Assembly (NCBI GenBank): GCA_964016885.1
Contig: OZ024741.1
Coordinates: forward strand, 371,256,001-371,320,000
Direction: 5' to 3'
DNA from: Eledone cirrhosa
Taxonomy: Eukaryota
Length of the DNA: 64,000 nucleotides
Every line of letters starts with the position of its first letter. Positions within the stretch are counted from its first letter, which is position 1. A program made the position numbers and the translations under genes. Shown piece by piece: positions 52,168 to 63,520 of the stretch. A model generated the notes under the pieces. That model made no database searches, was not told where the DNA came from, and worked only from the letters and a program-made list of their open reading frames with translations.

Positions 52168-52461
52168 TTATATATATACATATATAGACGTGTGTGTATG
52201 TTTGCATGTAGTTGTGTACCTGTTTACATATGCTTATGCACACATACATATACAAATATAGGTGAACCAGTTGGATGTTTTTCTAAGGAAATGTATCAAT
52301 ACATACATACGTACATAAACACCATCATATATATATTATACATATATGCATACATACTCATATATATATATATACATCACACATATATATATATATATAT
52401 ACATCATCATCGTCTACGTCTGTTTTCCCTGGTGTGAGTGTGTGTAATATATATGCATGTA

Positions 52462-52501
<40 letters not shown>

Positions 52502-52742
52502 TATGAGTTCAAATCCCGACGAGGTTAATTTTGCCTTTCATCCATACGGGGTCGATAAAATAAAGTACCAGTAATGCACTGGGGTAATTGCTGGCCTTGT
52601 GCCAAAAGTAGAAACAATTATATATATATATTATACTTACGTTAAATAGTGATGATAATGAGGGTGAGGATGATATATATCCATATGCGTACATACATAC
52701 ATACATACATACATACATACACATATGTATGTATGTATATAC

Positions 52743-53058
52743 ATGATGGGTTGCCCCCTCGTTATCGAGTATGGCCATTGCACGATATACCATTATTAAT
52801 AATTATTAATTAATTCTATCGTGCAATGCCTATGCGTGAAGATATATTTTAAAGTGAGGAAAGACTGTGCACTGAGCCAATCCCACTCTCTGAGCGACAG
52901 TAGCTATAACCCGAAAAGAAGAAAAGATCAACATCATCGGTAACTACTGAGCCGCAGGGTTTATATCGGAGTTATCCCAGTTTCCTGAGTTGCCTTCTTC
53001 TAGAAGAATACCCTGACAAATGCTAGGGGTCCTTCACTCCCAGTGGTTTAACCGCGTC
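52743..53058 (-). mobile_element. Dispersed non-coding retro-like element, partial copy
   Basis: Close reverse complement of 60311-60630. Confidence 0.75.
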
Positions 53059-53184
53059 ATCGGGTGTCCAGCCCGACTATTTCTATGTCCCCGCGCATAT
53101 ACATACATATGTACATGTGTATATACATATTTACACACTTTTTGACATATATACATACATGGATGCATATATACATACATGCAT

Positions 53185-54278
53185 ATGGTCTAAAATCCAT
53201 ATTAACATCATATGAGACCCGGATAGTAACACTAAAGCAACATCTTCAACAGAGGAAAAAGGTTGGCAACCATCTTGCCCAGGTTTATGAGCATGACGAA
53301 AAAAATATCATTAGAATAGCGACTGATCTGGAGGAGAGATATGGAATAAAGCCTGATATAAATCTCTCACCCAGAAAAATGGGAAGATCCTATTCAATGT
53401 TCAAACACGATGAAAAAATTGACCAATTTACAGAAAAAGTTGTGCATGGATACTTGAGACGTAAAACACAGACCATAGAGGGGATAAACCACTTAAAAAG
53501 CCTGGCATGGAGTTCCGACAAGTTTATGACATCACACCTTGAGGGATATCTCTATGCAATACAGGAACAAGAACTCCCTAGCAAATATCTGCTGCACAAA
53601 AGAGGAGGGCCATCAGCTGACAATAAATGTATGCTATGTAAAACAAAGATCGAAGATGTAAGCCACATTGTTGCCAGCTGCGAAAGAATGTCATCTCGCT
53701 ACTACCTCCCCATGAGACACGATGGGATAGCTAGAACCATCTGGAACGCACTTCGGAAAACAAAATTAACAACAAACGAAGAAGAATATATTGAGACAGA
53801 TGGCACTAAGGAATACTGGTGGAACCTGAAAATAAAAACTGCCACCAAATTAAAGCACAACCCGCCTGATATTGTTGTTTGGGACCACACATTGAAAACG
53901 TGTTCTGTTGTGGAGATCAGCTGCCCACTTGATGTAAACGTTGTCAGAAAAATACAGGAGAAGGAGGACATCTATGGATCATTGATGAGGAGTTTACAAA
54001 TCCAGTATCCAAGATACACCTTTAGCTTCATACCCATCATTATTGGTGCTACGGGTTATATACCAACCCGCTTGGACCAAAGTATGACTGAACTTGGATT
54101 TGCGGACAAAAAGCGCAGCTCCCTAATTCATAGTCTACAAATGGCTGCGATAGCTGGCACCTTCAAAATTTGCAAAACATTCTTGCGATTCAAGGGATGA
54201 CAATTTCTTTTCTTTTACAACCTTGCCACCAGGAAGGTGGCCGGTCAAAAATATAAGCGAAATTAAGAGAAAGAGAGA
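53185..54278 (+). mobile_element. 5'-truncated R4/Dong-like LINE (CCHC knuckle + restriction-like endonuclease)
   Basis: AIQEQ, CMLC...H...C, RHD, PDIVVWD, VEISCP.D...K motifs in an open frame to 54200; 3' end runs into (CATA)n. Confidence 0.85.
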
Positions 54279-54788
54279 ACATACATACATACATGCATAC
54301 ATACATACATATATACATACATGCATACATATATACATACATACATACATACATGCATACCTACATACATACATACATGCATACATGCATACATACATAC
54401 ATACATACATACGTACGTGTATACATATACATATGTAGATATTTAAAATATTGATATATCAACTAAATTTCAGTTTTACAGAGAGAGAGAGTGAGTGCGA
54501 AATATAGATAGAGAGAGGGTGGGGGGTATATTTGACACAATAAGCATAAATCAAATTCTGGTTTATATTAGTTTAAGGCATAGTTTGAAATGATTCATGA
54601 GTTGGAAATCTCGGCGAGACATTTTTTAAAAAACAGTTTTTAAATTTTGCAGATTTCGGGCGAAAGAAGAAAACTGTGTTAGGATAAAACAATCTATTTA
54701 TTTATTTATTTGTTCGTTTGTTTGTTTGTTTATTTTGTACTCACTCTTTCTCTGTCTCCCTCTCTCTCTCTCACCTGCGTCTGTTTAT

Positions 54789-54829
<41 letters not shown>

Positions 54830-55099
54830 CACACACACACACATATATATATATATATTCACTACAGAACTTACTTAGGTAGATTCCTATCCTTTGGCCG
54901 TACATCACAGTTTTTATTTTATTTTATTCTATATTTTTCCAGGGGAGGGGGCGTTTGAGATGAGGGAATATTAGTGGAATACTTCTTACATACTTTAGAT
55001 TTATATTTGAAATTTCGTTGTTAGTAGCTGAGAACAAAGAGACGAGATGATATTTAATATATGTACATATTAAGTATTAGAATGGCTTCAGCTTCTCTG

Positions 55100-55310
55100 A
55101 GGTGGTTGACCTCATGCAACCTTCACTCAGACATTCCCAACTCATTCGTTTCTCCCTTTCATGATTCACGTTATGTCGAGACTGACAAGTTCAGGATTAA
55201 CTACTACAACCAGTCCTTCTGCCCTAGAATGCCACCCCTCTGGAATTTTCTCCCTGTAAGTGTCAACCTGCAGCTATTTAAACTAAATATCAACAGCATC
55301 AATCTCATCA
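55100..55310 (+). mobile_element. Degenerate CR1/Jockey-group LINE 3' end
   Basis: QSFCPR...LWNFLP...NLQLFK..IN resembles the conserved C-terminus of these ORF2 proteins. Confidence 0.5.
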
Positions 55311-55734
55311 GTCTTGGAGGGCTTGCCAAGGCCTCGGGCAACAGGCCCTTCCTCTTGACAGAGCAAAAGAAAACAAATACTTTCCATGTTAGCCACAGTT
55401 GTAGGTTGGTGAGGTCGAAAATGCTACAAATGAATTTTGTCAATTGATTTGCACCTTTCATGACATTTCCTCCAATCAAAGATTCCACTTCGTTATTCAG
55501 GCTACCTGAGTTAGCTGGGATATTTTCCATCACCTGTAGCTCGGCGGTCCTGTTTGCTGGCACTGAATAGGAACAATTGGAAATGCCCAAACATATGTTT
55601 TTCCTGCAGTAGTCGACTTGCAACAATTCATACAGTGCATCAACTCCCATTAGTCCCATTAGTCCCATTAGTCTCGTGGGGTTGGGGATGCAAAGGTCAT
55701 AGGCACAGCCTTTACCCCCAAAATAAAAATAATA

Positions 55735-57570
55735 ATGGTTTCGGATTTAGGCAGAAGGCTAACCATTTTGGGGGAGAGGAAAGTCGATCATTTCGACCCT
55801 GGTACTGGTACTTTCTTTTATCGACTCCATAAAGATGAACGGCAAAGCTAACCTCGACGGGATTTGAACCCAGAATGTAAAGGGTCGTAACTTTAAACCG
55901 TGAAGCAGGGTGTCTGATGCTCTATCATTCTAATAATTGTTTCTACTTTTGGCACAAGGCCAGCAATTATCCAGTGCATTACTGGTACTTTATTTTATCG
56001 ACCCGTAAGGATGAAAGGCAAAGTTAACCTCGCCGGGATTTGAACTCAGATCATAAAGGGACGTAACTCTATGCTTCAAAGCATGGTGTCCGACTCTCTA
56101 CCGATACCGCCAAATAGTTTCTTATATAGGCACAAGGCAAGCAATTTTGGGGGATAGGGAAGTCGATCAAACCGACCCCAGTTCGTGACTGGTATTTTAT
56201 TTTATCGATCCCGTAAGGATGAAAGGCAAAGTTAACCTCGGCGGGATTTGAACTCAGAACGTAAGGGATCGTAACTCTATGCCGTCAAGCAGGGTGCCCG
56301 ACGCTCTATCAATCTAATAATAATAATTTCTGATTTGGGCACAAGGCCAGCAATATTTGGGGAGGGGAAAGTTGATCAAATCGACCCCAGTCAGTTACTG
56401 GTGCTTTATTTTATTGACCCCGTAAGGATGAAAGAAATACCACAATAAATTTTATTTGATACACTAATGATACTGCCAAGCCACCGCCCTTAAAAAAACC
56501 AATAATCATTGTTTCTACTTTTCGCACAAGGGCAGCAATTACCCCAATGTATTACTGGTACTTTATTTTATCGACCCCGTAAGGATGAAAGGCAAAGCTA
56601 ACCTCAGCGGGATCTGAATGTAAAGGATCGTAACTCTATGCTACAACGCATGGTGTCCGACGCTTTACCAATCTAATGATAATAATTGTTTCTACTTTTG
56701 GCACAAGGCCAGAAATTACTCAGTGTATTACTGGTACTTTATTTTATCGACCCTGTAAGGATGAAAGGCAAAGTTAAAACAACTACCCTTGCTCCTGCTT
56801 AAATTATAAAAATATACAGTAGGGTAATATTGGATTTCTTAAAATACTTGCACATTTTCCAAATTTAAATGGGGCGTCCGTTTTAAGGTTTATTTCCAGT
56901 CACACACAGGCCGAATTGATAGTATTTACACACAGGCCATATTTATTAGTATTCGGGAGGTGGATTGGCAGTATCGGTAGAGGGTCGGACGCCATGCTTT
57001 GCATCATAGAGTTACCGCCCTTTACGGTCTGAGTCCAAATCCTACCGAGGTTAACTTGGCTTTTCATCCTTACGGGGTCGATAAAACAAAGTACCAGTAA
57101 TATACTGGGGTATTTGCTGGCCTGTGCCAAAAGTAGAAACAATGATTATTCGTTTCTTTAAGGGCGGTGGCTTGGCAGTATCATTAGTGTATCAGATAAA
57201 ATTTATTGTGGTATTTCTTCAAGACTCTTTATGTTCTGGTTTCAAATTACGCTCAGTTCAACTTTGCCATTCATCCTTCTTGGGTTGATAAAGTATAGTA
57301 CCACACTCTAGGACTGGGGTTGATTTAATCGACTTTTCCTTCCCCAAACAAATAGCTGGCCTCAGAGCAGTGAAAGTACAGAATCATTAGGACGCCGGAG
57401 AAAATACCCTCGTGGTATTTTTCTGGTTCCTTGAATTCTGAGTTCAATTCCCACCGAAGTCAACTTAACCTTTCATCCTTCCAGAGTTGATAAAATAAAG
57501 TACCAGTCAAATACTGAGCTTGATGTAATCAACTTTCCTCTTCTCAAAATTTCTTGGCCTTGTAAATTAG
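55735..57570. repeat. Dense cluster of SINE family A copies (minus-strand run then plus-strand run)
   Basis: About six head-to-tail minus copies 55735-56776 and about three plus copies 56957-57570. Confidence 0.85.
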
Positions 57571-57617
57571 AAACCCTTATCATTCATACCCTGAGGCTGG
57601 TGAATTAGTAGAGTCGT

Positions 57618-57677
57618 TAACCCTAGCCCCTACCCTCACCCTCACCCTAACCTTAACCTTGACCCTAACCCTAACCC
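57618..57677. repeat. Degenerate (CCCTAA)n telomere-like tract
   Basis: taaccctagcccctaccctcaccctcaccctaaccttaaccttgaccctaaccctaaccc; second short run ~57791-57805. Confidence 0.7.
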
Positions 57678-58027
57678 GAATATAAAAAATTAAGCTTTCA
57701 GAATCATCAATCGAAAATAATAATAATAAATGGGAAGATGTAGAACTTAGAGTTAGAAATTATGTAATCCGTAGTGACTAAAACTAAGACTAACCCTAAC
57801 CCTAAGTCTAAGAGATATTAACTCATTGATTGTTAAATCATTACGTTCTATAATTTAAATTAATCTTCTATTTTTCGTTACGGTATTTTCCCGTTTTGTT
57901 TTATAGCAATATATGTATAATATACTCTATGTACTCAGTATTTATCACAGTTTTCAATCACATTGTATTTGTGTATTTCGGATATCCTGTTGATGAAAGA
58001 GTTACTGTTAAATGAACACCTAAAAAA

Positions 58028-58430
58028 TGGCTACTCCTCAAGAAAAGGCACAGTGTGTGTCATGGTTTATTGAAAACAAAATCGGATATGCGGACTCAGC
58101 GAAACTACAGAACTAAGTATGGAAGAGATCTACCGTCACGTCCGTCAATTCGGGCATGGCACAAGAAATTTATCATTGGTCCATTATTCTTCAAATTTTT
58201 ACCTTGACTTTTTGACTGAATATGTGAGACCACAACTAGATGACCTTCAACCAACCATCATTTTTCAACAAGATAGTGCACTACCACATTTGGGACTGCA
58301 TGTTCATGGGTTCCTAAATCAAACATTTCCAGACCGGTGGATTGGAAGGGATGGCTCAATTCCCTGGCCACCTCGTTCACCAGATATCACTCCCCATGGA
58401 CTTCTTTCTATGGGGCTATGTGAAATATAG
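58028..58430 (+). pseudogene. Internally deleted Tc1/mariner-superfamily transposase
   Basis: MATPQEKAQCVSWFIE...RNYRTKYGR..PSRPSIRAWHKKF (HTH) joined to FQQD...WIGR...WPPRSPDITP.DFFLWGYVK; frameshifts. Confidence 0.85.
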
Positions 58431-59089
58431 ATGGATGTCACCATACGAATTAACTAGCTTTGATTGTAGACTCAAGAATATGAGATACAAGATACAGTGT
58501 ACTTGTATCTAAAACAAACAAACGATGTGATGCACGGCTATTCTAATCAGTCTTATGCGAAGGGGCGTCGAATAGACCGGAAAATACAGTATATTGTTAT
58601 TAATAATTTAGCGTTAAAAAGTGTGAAAAAATATATTACGCCACGAAAAAAGCCCTAAAATAATCGCGGAAGATATTTACAATTCTGCAAATATGCGGTG
58701 GTTTCCAAATATTAGTTAGATTCTAAGGGAAATTCCGCGAATAAATGGGATTGCGAATGCCGGGGGTACACTGTATATACTTTTTTCACACACACACACA
58801 CACGATTATTCTATTTCAATTAACCAGTCAGATTCACTCGGTTGTGCACATAGACGCACACATACATTTAAACACCCACTAAGCCAGACATCTACACACA
58901 CAACCACTCTCTAACCATAAAAAGCCTCACTTATACGAACAGAATTTACAATTCGATAAACAATATATCCCTTATTTGGAGAAACCACACTGCATGATGA
59001 TACAGTAAGTTAACCGCCAAGGCCTTCGGCAATCAGTCTGGAACTAGCTGTTGAAACGGCAAGAGCTCAGTTATCGGGGTTCCGATTTT

Positions 59090-59145
<56 letters not shown>

Positions 59146-59775
59146 AACGAATAGGACCCCGACGGCTGAGCTCAAGCCGTTTCGACGGCTAATTCTGGAC
59201 TCTCGGTCCAGAATTAGCCGTCGAAGCGGCTTTAGCTCAGCCGTCGGGGTCCTATTCGTTCCTATTACCCACTCTACTACCCTAAGTATTGAGTACTTTG
59301 GTGCGTCATGGTCCACCTGGTTCCTTACCACATTTCCTCCGTTATATATATATATATATATGGGAAAATGTTCAAGACCCCGACGGCAGAGCTCAAGCTG
59401 TTTCGACGGCTATTTCTGTCCAGAAATAGCCGTCGAAACGGCTTGAGCTCTTCCGTCGGGATCTTGAACATTTTCCTATTACCCACTCTACTACCCAAAG
59501 TATTGAGTACTCTGTACGTTATGGTCCACCTGGTTCCTTACCACACTTCCTTCGTTATATATATATATATAGATATATATATATTCCCAGGTGTAAAACT
59601 AATAATAATAACTTTTGTACTGCCTCTTCGTTTTTCTGTTTTTTGTTCTCTGTTTACTTTTTAAAATATATATATATTGTTATACTTTGGGAGGGTCATG
59701 CTGCCAATAAAAACACACGCACAAAAACAAGATGGTGTAGGACAGAACAAAGGAGAGACATGAAATAAAAACCTA

Positions 59776-59816
59776 GTCACTGAGGAGGTCACAATGTGTG
59801 ACGAAAGAGCTTGGAC
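59776..59816 (+). ncRNA. Minimal hammerhead ribozyme motif
   Basis: GUCA-CUGAGGA-G-GUCACA-aug-UGUGAC-GAAA-GAGC-UU-GGAC; one stem-I mismatch next to the core. Confidence 0.65.
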
Positions 59817-60092
59817 AATATATAAACAACGTTCCGGTTATCAAACCAACCAACCAACCGGAATTTTATAATATATTGAAGTGAAAACGAACAGGTGCGT
59901 GTGTTTTTATTGGAAATATGACCCTCCCAAAGTATAGCAATATCTGTTTCAACACACGTTTTCAGATAAGAAATCTTGCAAAACAAATTCAAAAACGAAA
60001 AAAAAATATATATATATATATATATGTGTATGTATGTATGTATGTATGTATGTATGTATGTATGTATGTATGTATGTATGTATGTATGTATG

Positions 60093-60630
60093 TCGGGTCG
60101 CTTTTGAGTGCTACTGGTAACATGTAACCCAGTACAACCTGTCGCATGGTCGGGGCGTCGGCGACTAAACCGGCAACCCCACCAAGTTTACTTGGTGAGG
60201 AGGTGGATTTAAGATACCCTGCAGGACAAAAAACAAAACCTGACAAAAGGCAGAAGAACTAGTAAGAGTCAACCGCCATCCAAAAGTGTGTAAATATTAT
60301 ATACACATGTACCGCGTGGTTAAACCACTGGGAGTAAAAACGACCCCTAGCCTTTGTCAGAGCATTCTTCTAGGAGAAGGCAACTCAGGAAACTGGGATA
60401 ACTCCAATATAAAACCTGCGGCTCAGTAGTTATCGATGATGTTGATCTTTTCTTCTTTTCGGGTTATAGCTACTGTCGCTCAGAGAGTGGGATTGGCTCA
60501 GTGCACAGTCTTTCCTCACTTTAAAAAATATCTTCACGCACAGGCATTGCACGATAGAATTAATTAATAATTATTAATAATGGTATATCGTGCACTGGCC
60601 ATACTCGATAATGAGGGGACAGCCATCATG
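60093..60630 (+). mobile_element. Non-coding retro-like element in a (TATG)n tract
   Basis: GC-rich head, aggagaaggcaact...aaac motif resembling RTE 5' UTRs, catcatgtatg tail; second copy at 52743-53058. Confidence 0.6.
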
Positions 60631-61019
60631 TATGTATATATATATATATACTGGTTGTCTGCTCGATACAAAGCTTGACCACTCCAATGTACATGATGCT
60701 CAGTTCTGGCATGGGGCTTATGGGGCTTTTCAGGCATATTTTTAAAAAGCCATCTACATAAATTCTATATTAGTTTTGGTGTAGTTTAGACACATGTGTA
60801 TCTTGAACCTTGAAATGTCTCTTTAGACCTTCTTATGATTTGCAGATCTTGTGGCATATGTGGCACTGATATATATATATGTGAACTGTATATATATATA
60901 CATCTGTATATATGAATATATGTAGGTTGGTATGTATGTATATAGATACACGCGCACACACACACACGCGTGCACGTGTGCGTGCGTATATATATATATA
61001 TATACCCTGCAGGACAAAA

Positions 61020-61087
<68 letters not shown>

Positions 61088-61381
61088 ATGATATTAATAA
61101 ATGGAAACTATATTTATAAACGGAAAAAATGAAACGAAATTTCATTTTCCACTCTTAGTACGGCTGTTACTTAAATATAAGTATGTACACGTACATAATA
61201 TATGTATACAGACGTACAGTAGTATGTATATATATATACATACATGCACACATATATATATGTACGTATGGATTCACCGAACATTTATTATAATGCTCGG
61301 TGTGTTTGTAAACAAACATCCCGTATTAAGCCGTAGTGTCCAGCAACCATTGTTGCTCGTTTGTTCAACACTGACAAAGGA

Positions 61382-61424
61382 ACGCTGTACTAGTTTCAAG
61401 CTTATTAGCTATCGTCAGCAACGT
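61382..61424 (-). ncRNA. Hammerhead ribozyme motif (CUGACGA type)
   Basis: Exact reverse complement of 62004-62046. Confidence 0.85.
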
Positions 61425-61587
61425 ATACCTTCCTGCCAGATTGTTGAACGTATATACTTACCTTACGCCTCAAACTCATTTGCATATTCATCAAAATAAT
61501 TTGAAATATTTGTTTTTTCCTCTCTTCCTCTTTGTCCCTTTTTCTCTCTTTCCTTTCACTATCCAGGTGAAACTTGAACAAACTTTG

Positions 61588-61648
61588 TATTTTATCTGAT
61601 GAGTGCGTACCAAAGTTTTGGTACCCTTGAAATATATATAAAAGAATA
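61588..61648 (+). ncRNA. Hammerhead ribozyme motif (CUGAUGA type)
   Basis: UAUUUUAU-CUGAUGA-..GUACCAA..UUGGUAC..-GAAA-UAUAUA-UA-AAAGAAUA; one stem-I mismatch. Confidence 0.7.
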
Positions 61649-61872
61649 AATATAGTTTTATAAATATATAAGTATGTACACGTACATACATATATGTATA
61701 CAGACGTACAGTAATATGTATATATATATACATACATGCACACATATATACATGTACGTATGGATTCACCGAACATTTATTATAATGCTCGGTGTGTTTG
61801 TAAACAAACATCCCGTATTAAGCCGTAGTGTCCAGCAACCATCGTTGCTCGTTTGTTCAACACTGACAAAGG

Positions 61873-61915
61873 ACGCTGTACTAGTTTCAAGCTTATTAGC
61901 TATCGTCAGCAACGT
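61873..61915 (-). ncRNA. Hammerhead ribozyme motif (CUGACGA type)
   Basis: Exact reverse complement of 62004-62046. Confidence 0.85.
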
Positions 61916-62003
61916 ATACCTTCCTGCCAGATTGTTGAACGTATATCAGCCGTTAATATGCATAAGGTAAGTATATACGTTCAACAATCTGGCAGGAAGG
62001 TAT

Positions 62004-62046
62004 ACGTTGCTGACGATAGCTAATAAGCTTGAAACTAGTACAGCGT
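62004..62046 (+). ncRNA. Hammerhead ribozyme motif (CUGACGA type)
   Basis: ACGUUG-CUGACGA-uAGCU-aaua-AGCUu-GAAA-CUAG-UA-CAGCGU; complete core, palindromic stem III, predicted cleavage after 62040. Confidence 0.87.
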
Positions 62047-62424
62047 TCCTTTGTCAGTGTTGAACAAACGAGCAACGATGGTTGCTGGGCACTACGGCTT
62101 AATACGGGATGTTTGTTTACAAACACACCGAGCATTATAATAAATGTTCGGTGAATCCATACGTACATATATATATGTGTGCATGTATGTATATATATAT
62201 ACATACTACTGTACGTCTGTATACATATATGTATGTACGTGCACATACTTATATTTAAGTAACAGCCGTACTAAGATTGGGAAATGAAATTTCGTTTCAT
62301 TTTTTTCCGTTTATCGTTTTCGGTGCACCCGGCCGATTAACCCACCCGATATGCAAATTGGACTACTCAGCCGTTAATATGCATAAGGTAAGTATATACG
62401 TTCAACAATCTGGCAGGAAGGTAT

Positions 62425-62467
62425 ACGTTGCTGACGATAGCTAATAAGCTTGAAACTAGTACAGCGT
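62425..62467 (+). ncRNA. Hammerhead ribozyme motif (CUGACGA type)
   Basis: Identical to 62004-62046, 421 bp downstream; predicted cleavage after 62461. Confidence 0.87.
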
Positions 62468-62694
62468 TCCTTTGTCAGTGTTGAACAAACGAGCAACGAT
62501 GGTTGCTGGACACTACGGCTTAATACGGGATGTTTGTTTACAAACACACCGAGCATTATAATAAATGTTCGGTGAATCCATACGTACAATTATATATGTG
62601 TGCATGTATGTATATATATATATACATACTACTGTACGTCTGTATACATATATGTATGTACGTGTACATACTTATATATTTATAAAACTATATT

Positions 62695-62755
62695 TATTCT
62701 ATTATATATATTTCAAGGGTACCAAAACTTTGGTACGCACTCATCAGATAAAATA
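62695..62755 (-). ncRNA. Hammerhead ribozyme motif (CUGAUGA type)
   Basis: Reverse copy of 61588-61648 with a fully paired 8-bp stem I (UAUUUUAU/AUAGAAUA). Confidence 0.75.
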
Positions 62756-62899
62756 CAAAGTTTGTTCAAGTTTCACCTGGATAGTGAAAGGAAAGATAGA
62801 AAAAGGGATAAAGAGGAAGAGAGGAAAAAACAAATATTTCAAATTATTTTGATGAATATGCAAATGAGTTTGAGGCGTAGGGTGAAAAAATCGTTATTT

Positions 62900-63520
62900 T
62901 TAGATGCTAGGTAGATTAAAATAATTATTAGGATATATATATGTATATATAGGAAGAAGAAAGAAAGAAAAGCTTGTAATTATATTACTAGTGTACGTGA
63001 ATTTAAAAAAATTGAAACGTTAAAAATTAAATGTTTGTTGAAGTGGTGGAATATCAATCCAGAATTAAAAAAATATTTAGCTAAATCATGACTTATAATA
63101 TTATATATATAATCATTACAATTAGATTATATGAAGAATTATGGTTGTAAGTACATTTTATCTTATTATATTACAACAGGTTGTAAGTATATAAATATCT
63201 ATATAGATTAATAAGTGTATAAATATAACTATTATTGGTGATTATATAGATATAAAACACACGTATTAATTTGTTTACATTTCTAATATGAGTTACGAAG
63301 GATGTTGATTTTACATTTTAAATATATACTTAAGAAAAAGACATAGTTCAAATTGTAAGAGAAGAACAATTTGTAGATTCAAATAGTTTCATAAAAAATT
63401 GAAAATATTTACAGAACATTATTAAGTTAGAGAAATTACATAGAATTTAACATACAAGTTATTATGTCTACGTCTGCTCAATTGTAAAGGAAAAGATAAC
63501 TCCAAAATTATTTGTTAAAC
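62900..63520 (-). pseudogene. Heavily decayed Penelope-type reverse transcriptase remnant
   Basis: Minus-strand peptide scraps in the expected order: VDI..NLY, KQIN, SPII, FKFTYTSN...SFSF; many stops and frameshifts. Confidence 0.45.

Larger units (their letters stand above)
61117..62880. mobile_element. Penelope-like tandem/inverted terminal repeat complex with six hammerheads
   Basis: Layout A-B-A' | revA-x-revA'-revB with near-identical blocks; inversion point ~61946. Confidence 0.8.

Noticed and set aside
55204-55668. 154-aa minus-strand ORF as a second host gene
   Set aside because: No recognisable family, overlaps a LINE remnant, no partner exons found
57618-57805. True telomere or chromosome fusion site
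   Set aside because: Short, degenerate, single orientation; more likely part of a dispersed repeat
58495-58773. TA-flanked CAGTGTAC...GTACACTG MITE
   Set aside because: Only an 8-bp terminal match and a single copy; insufficient support
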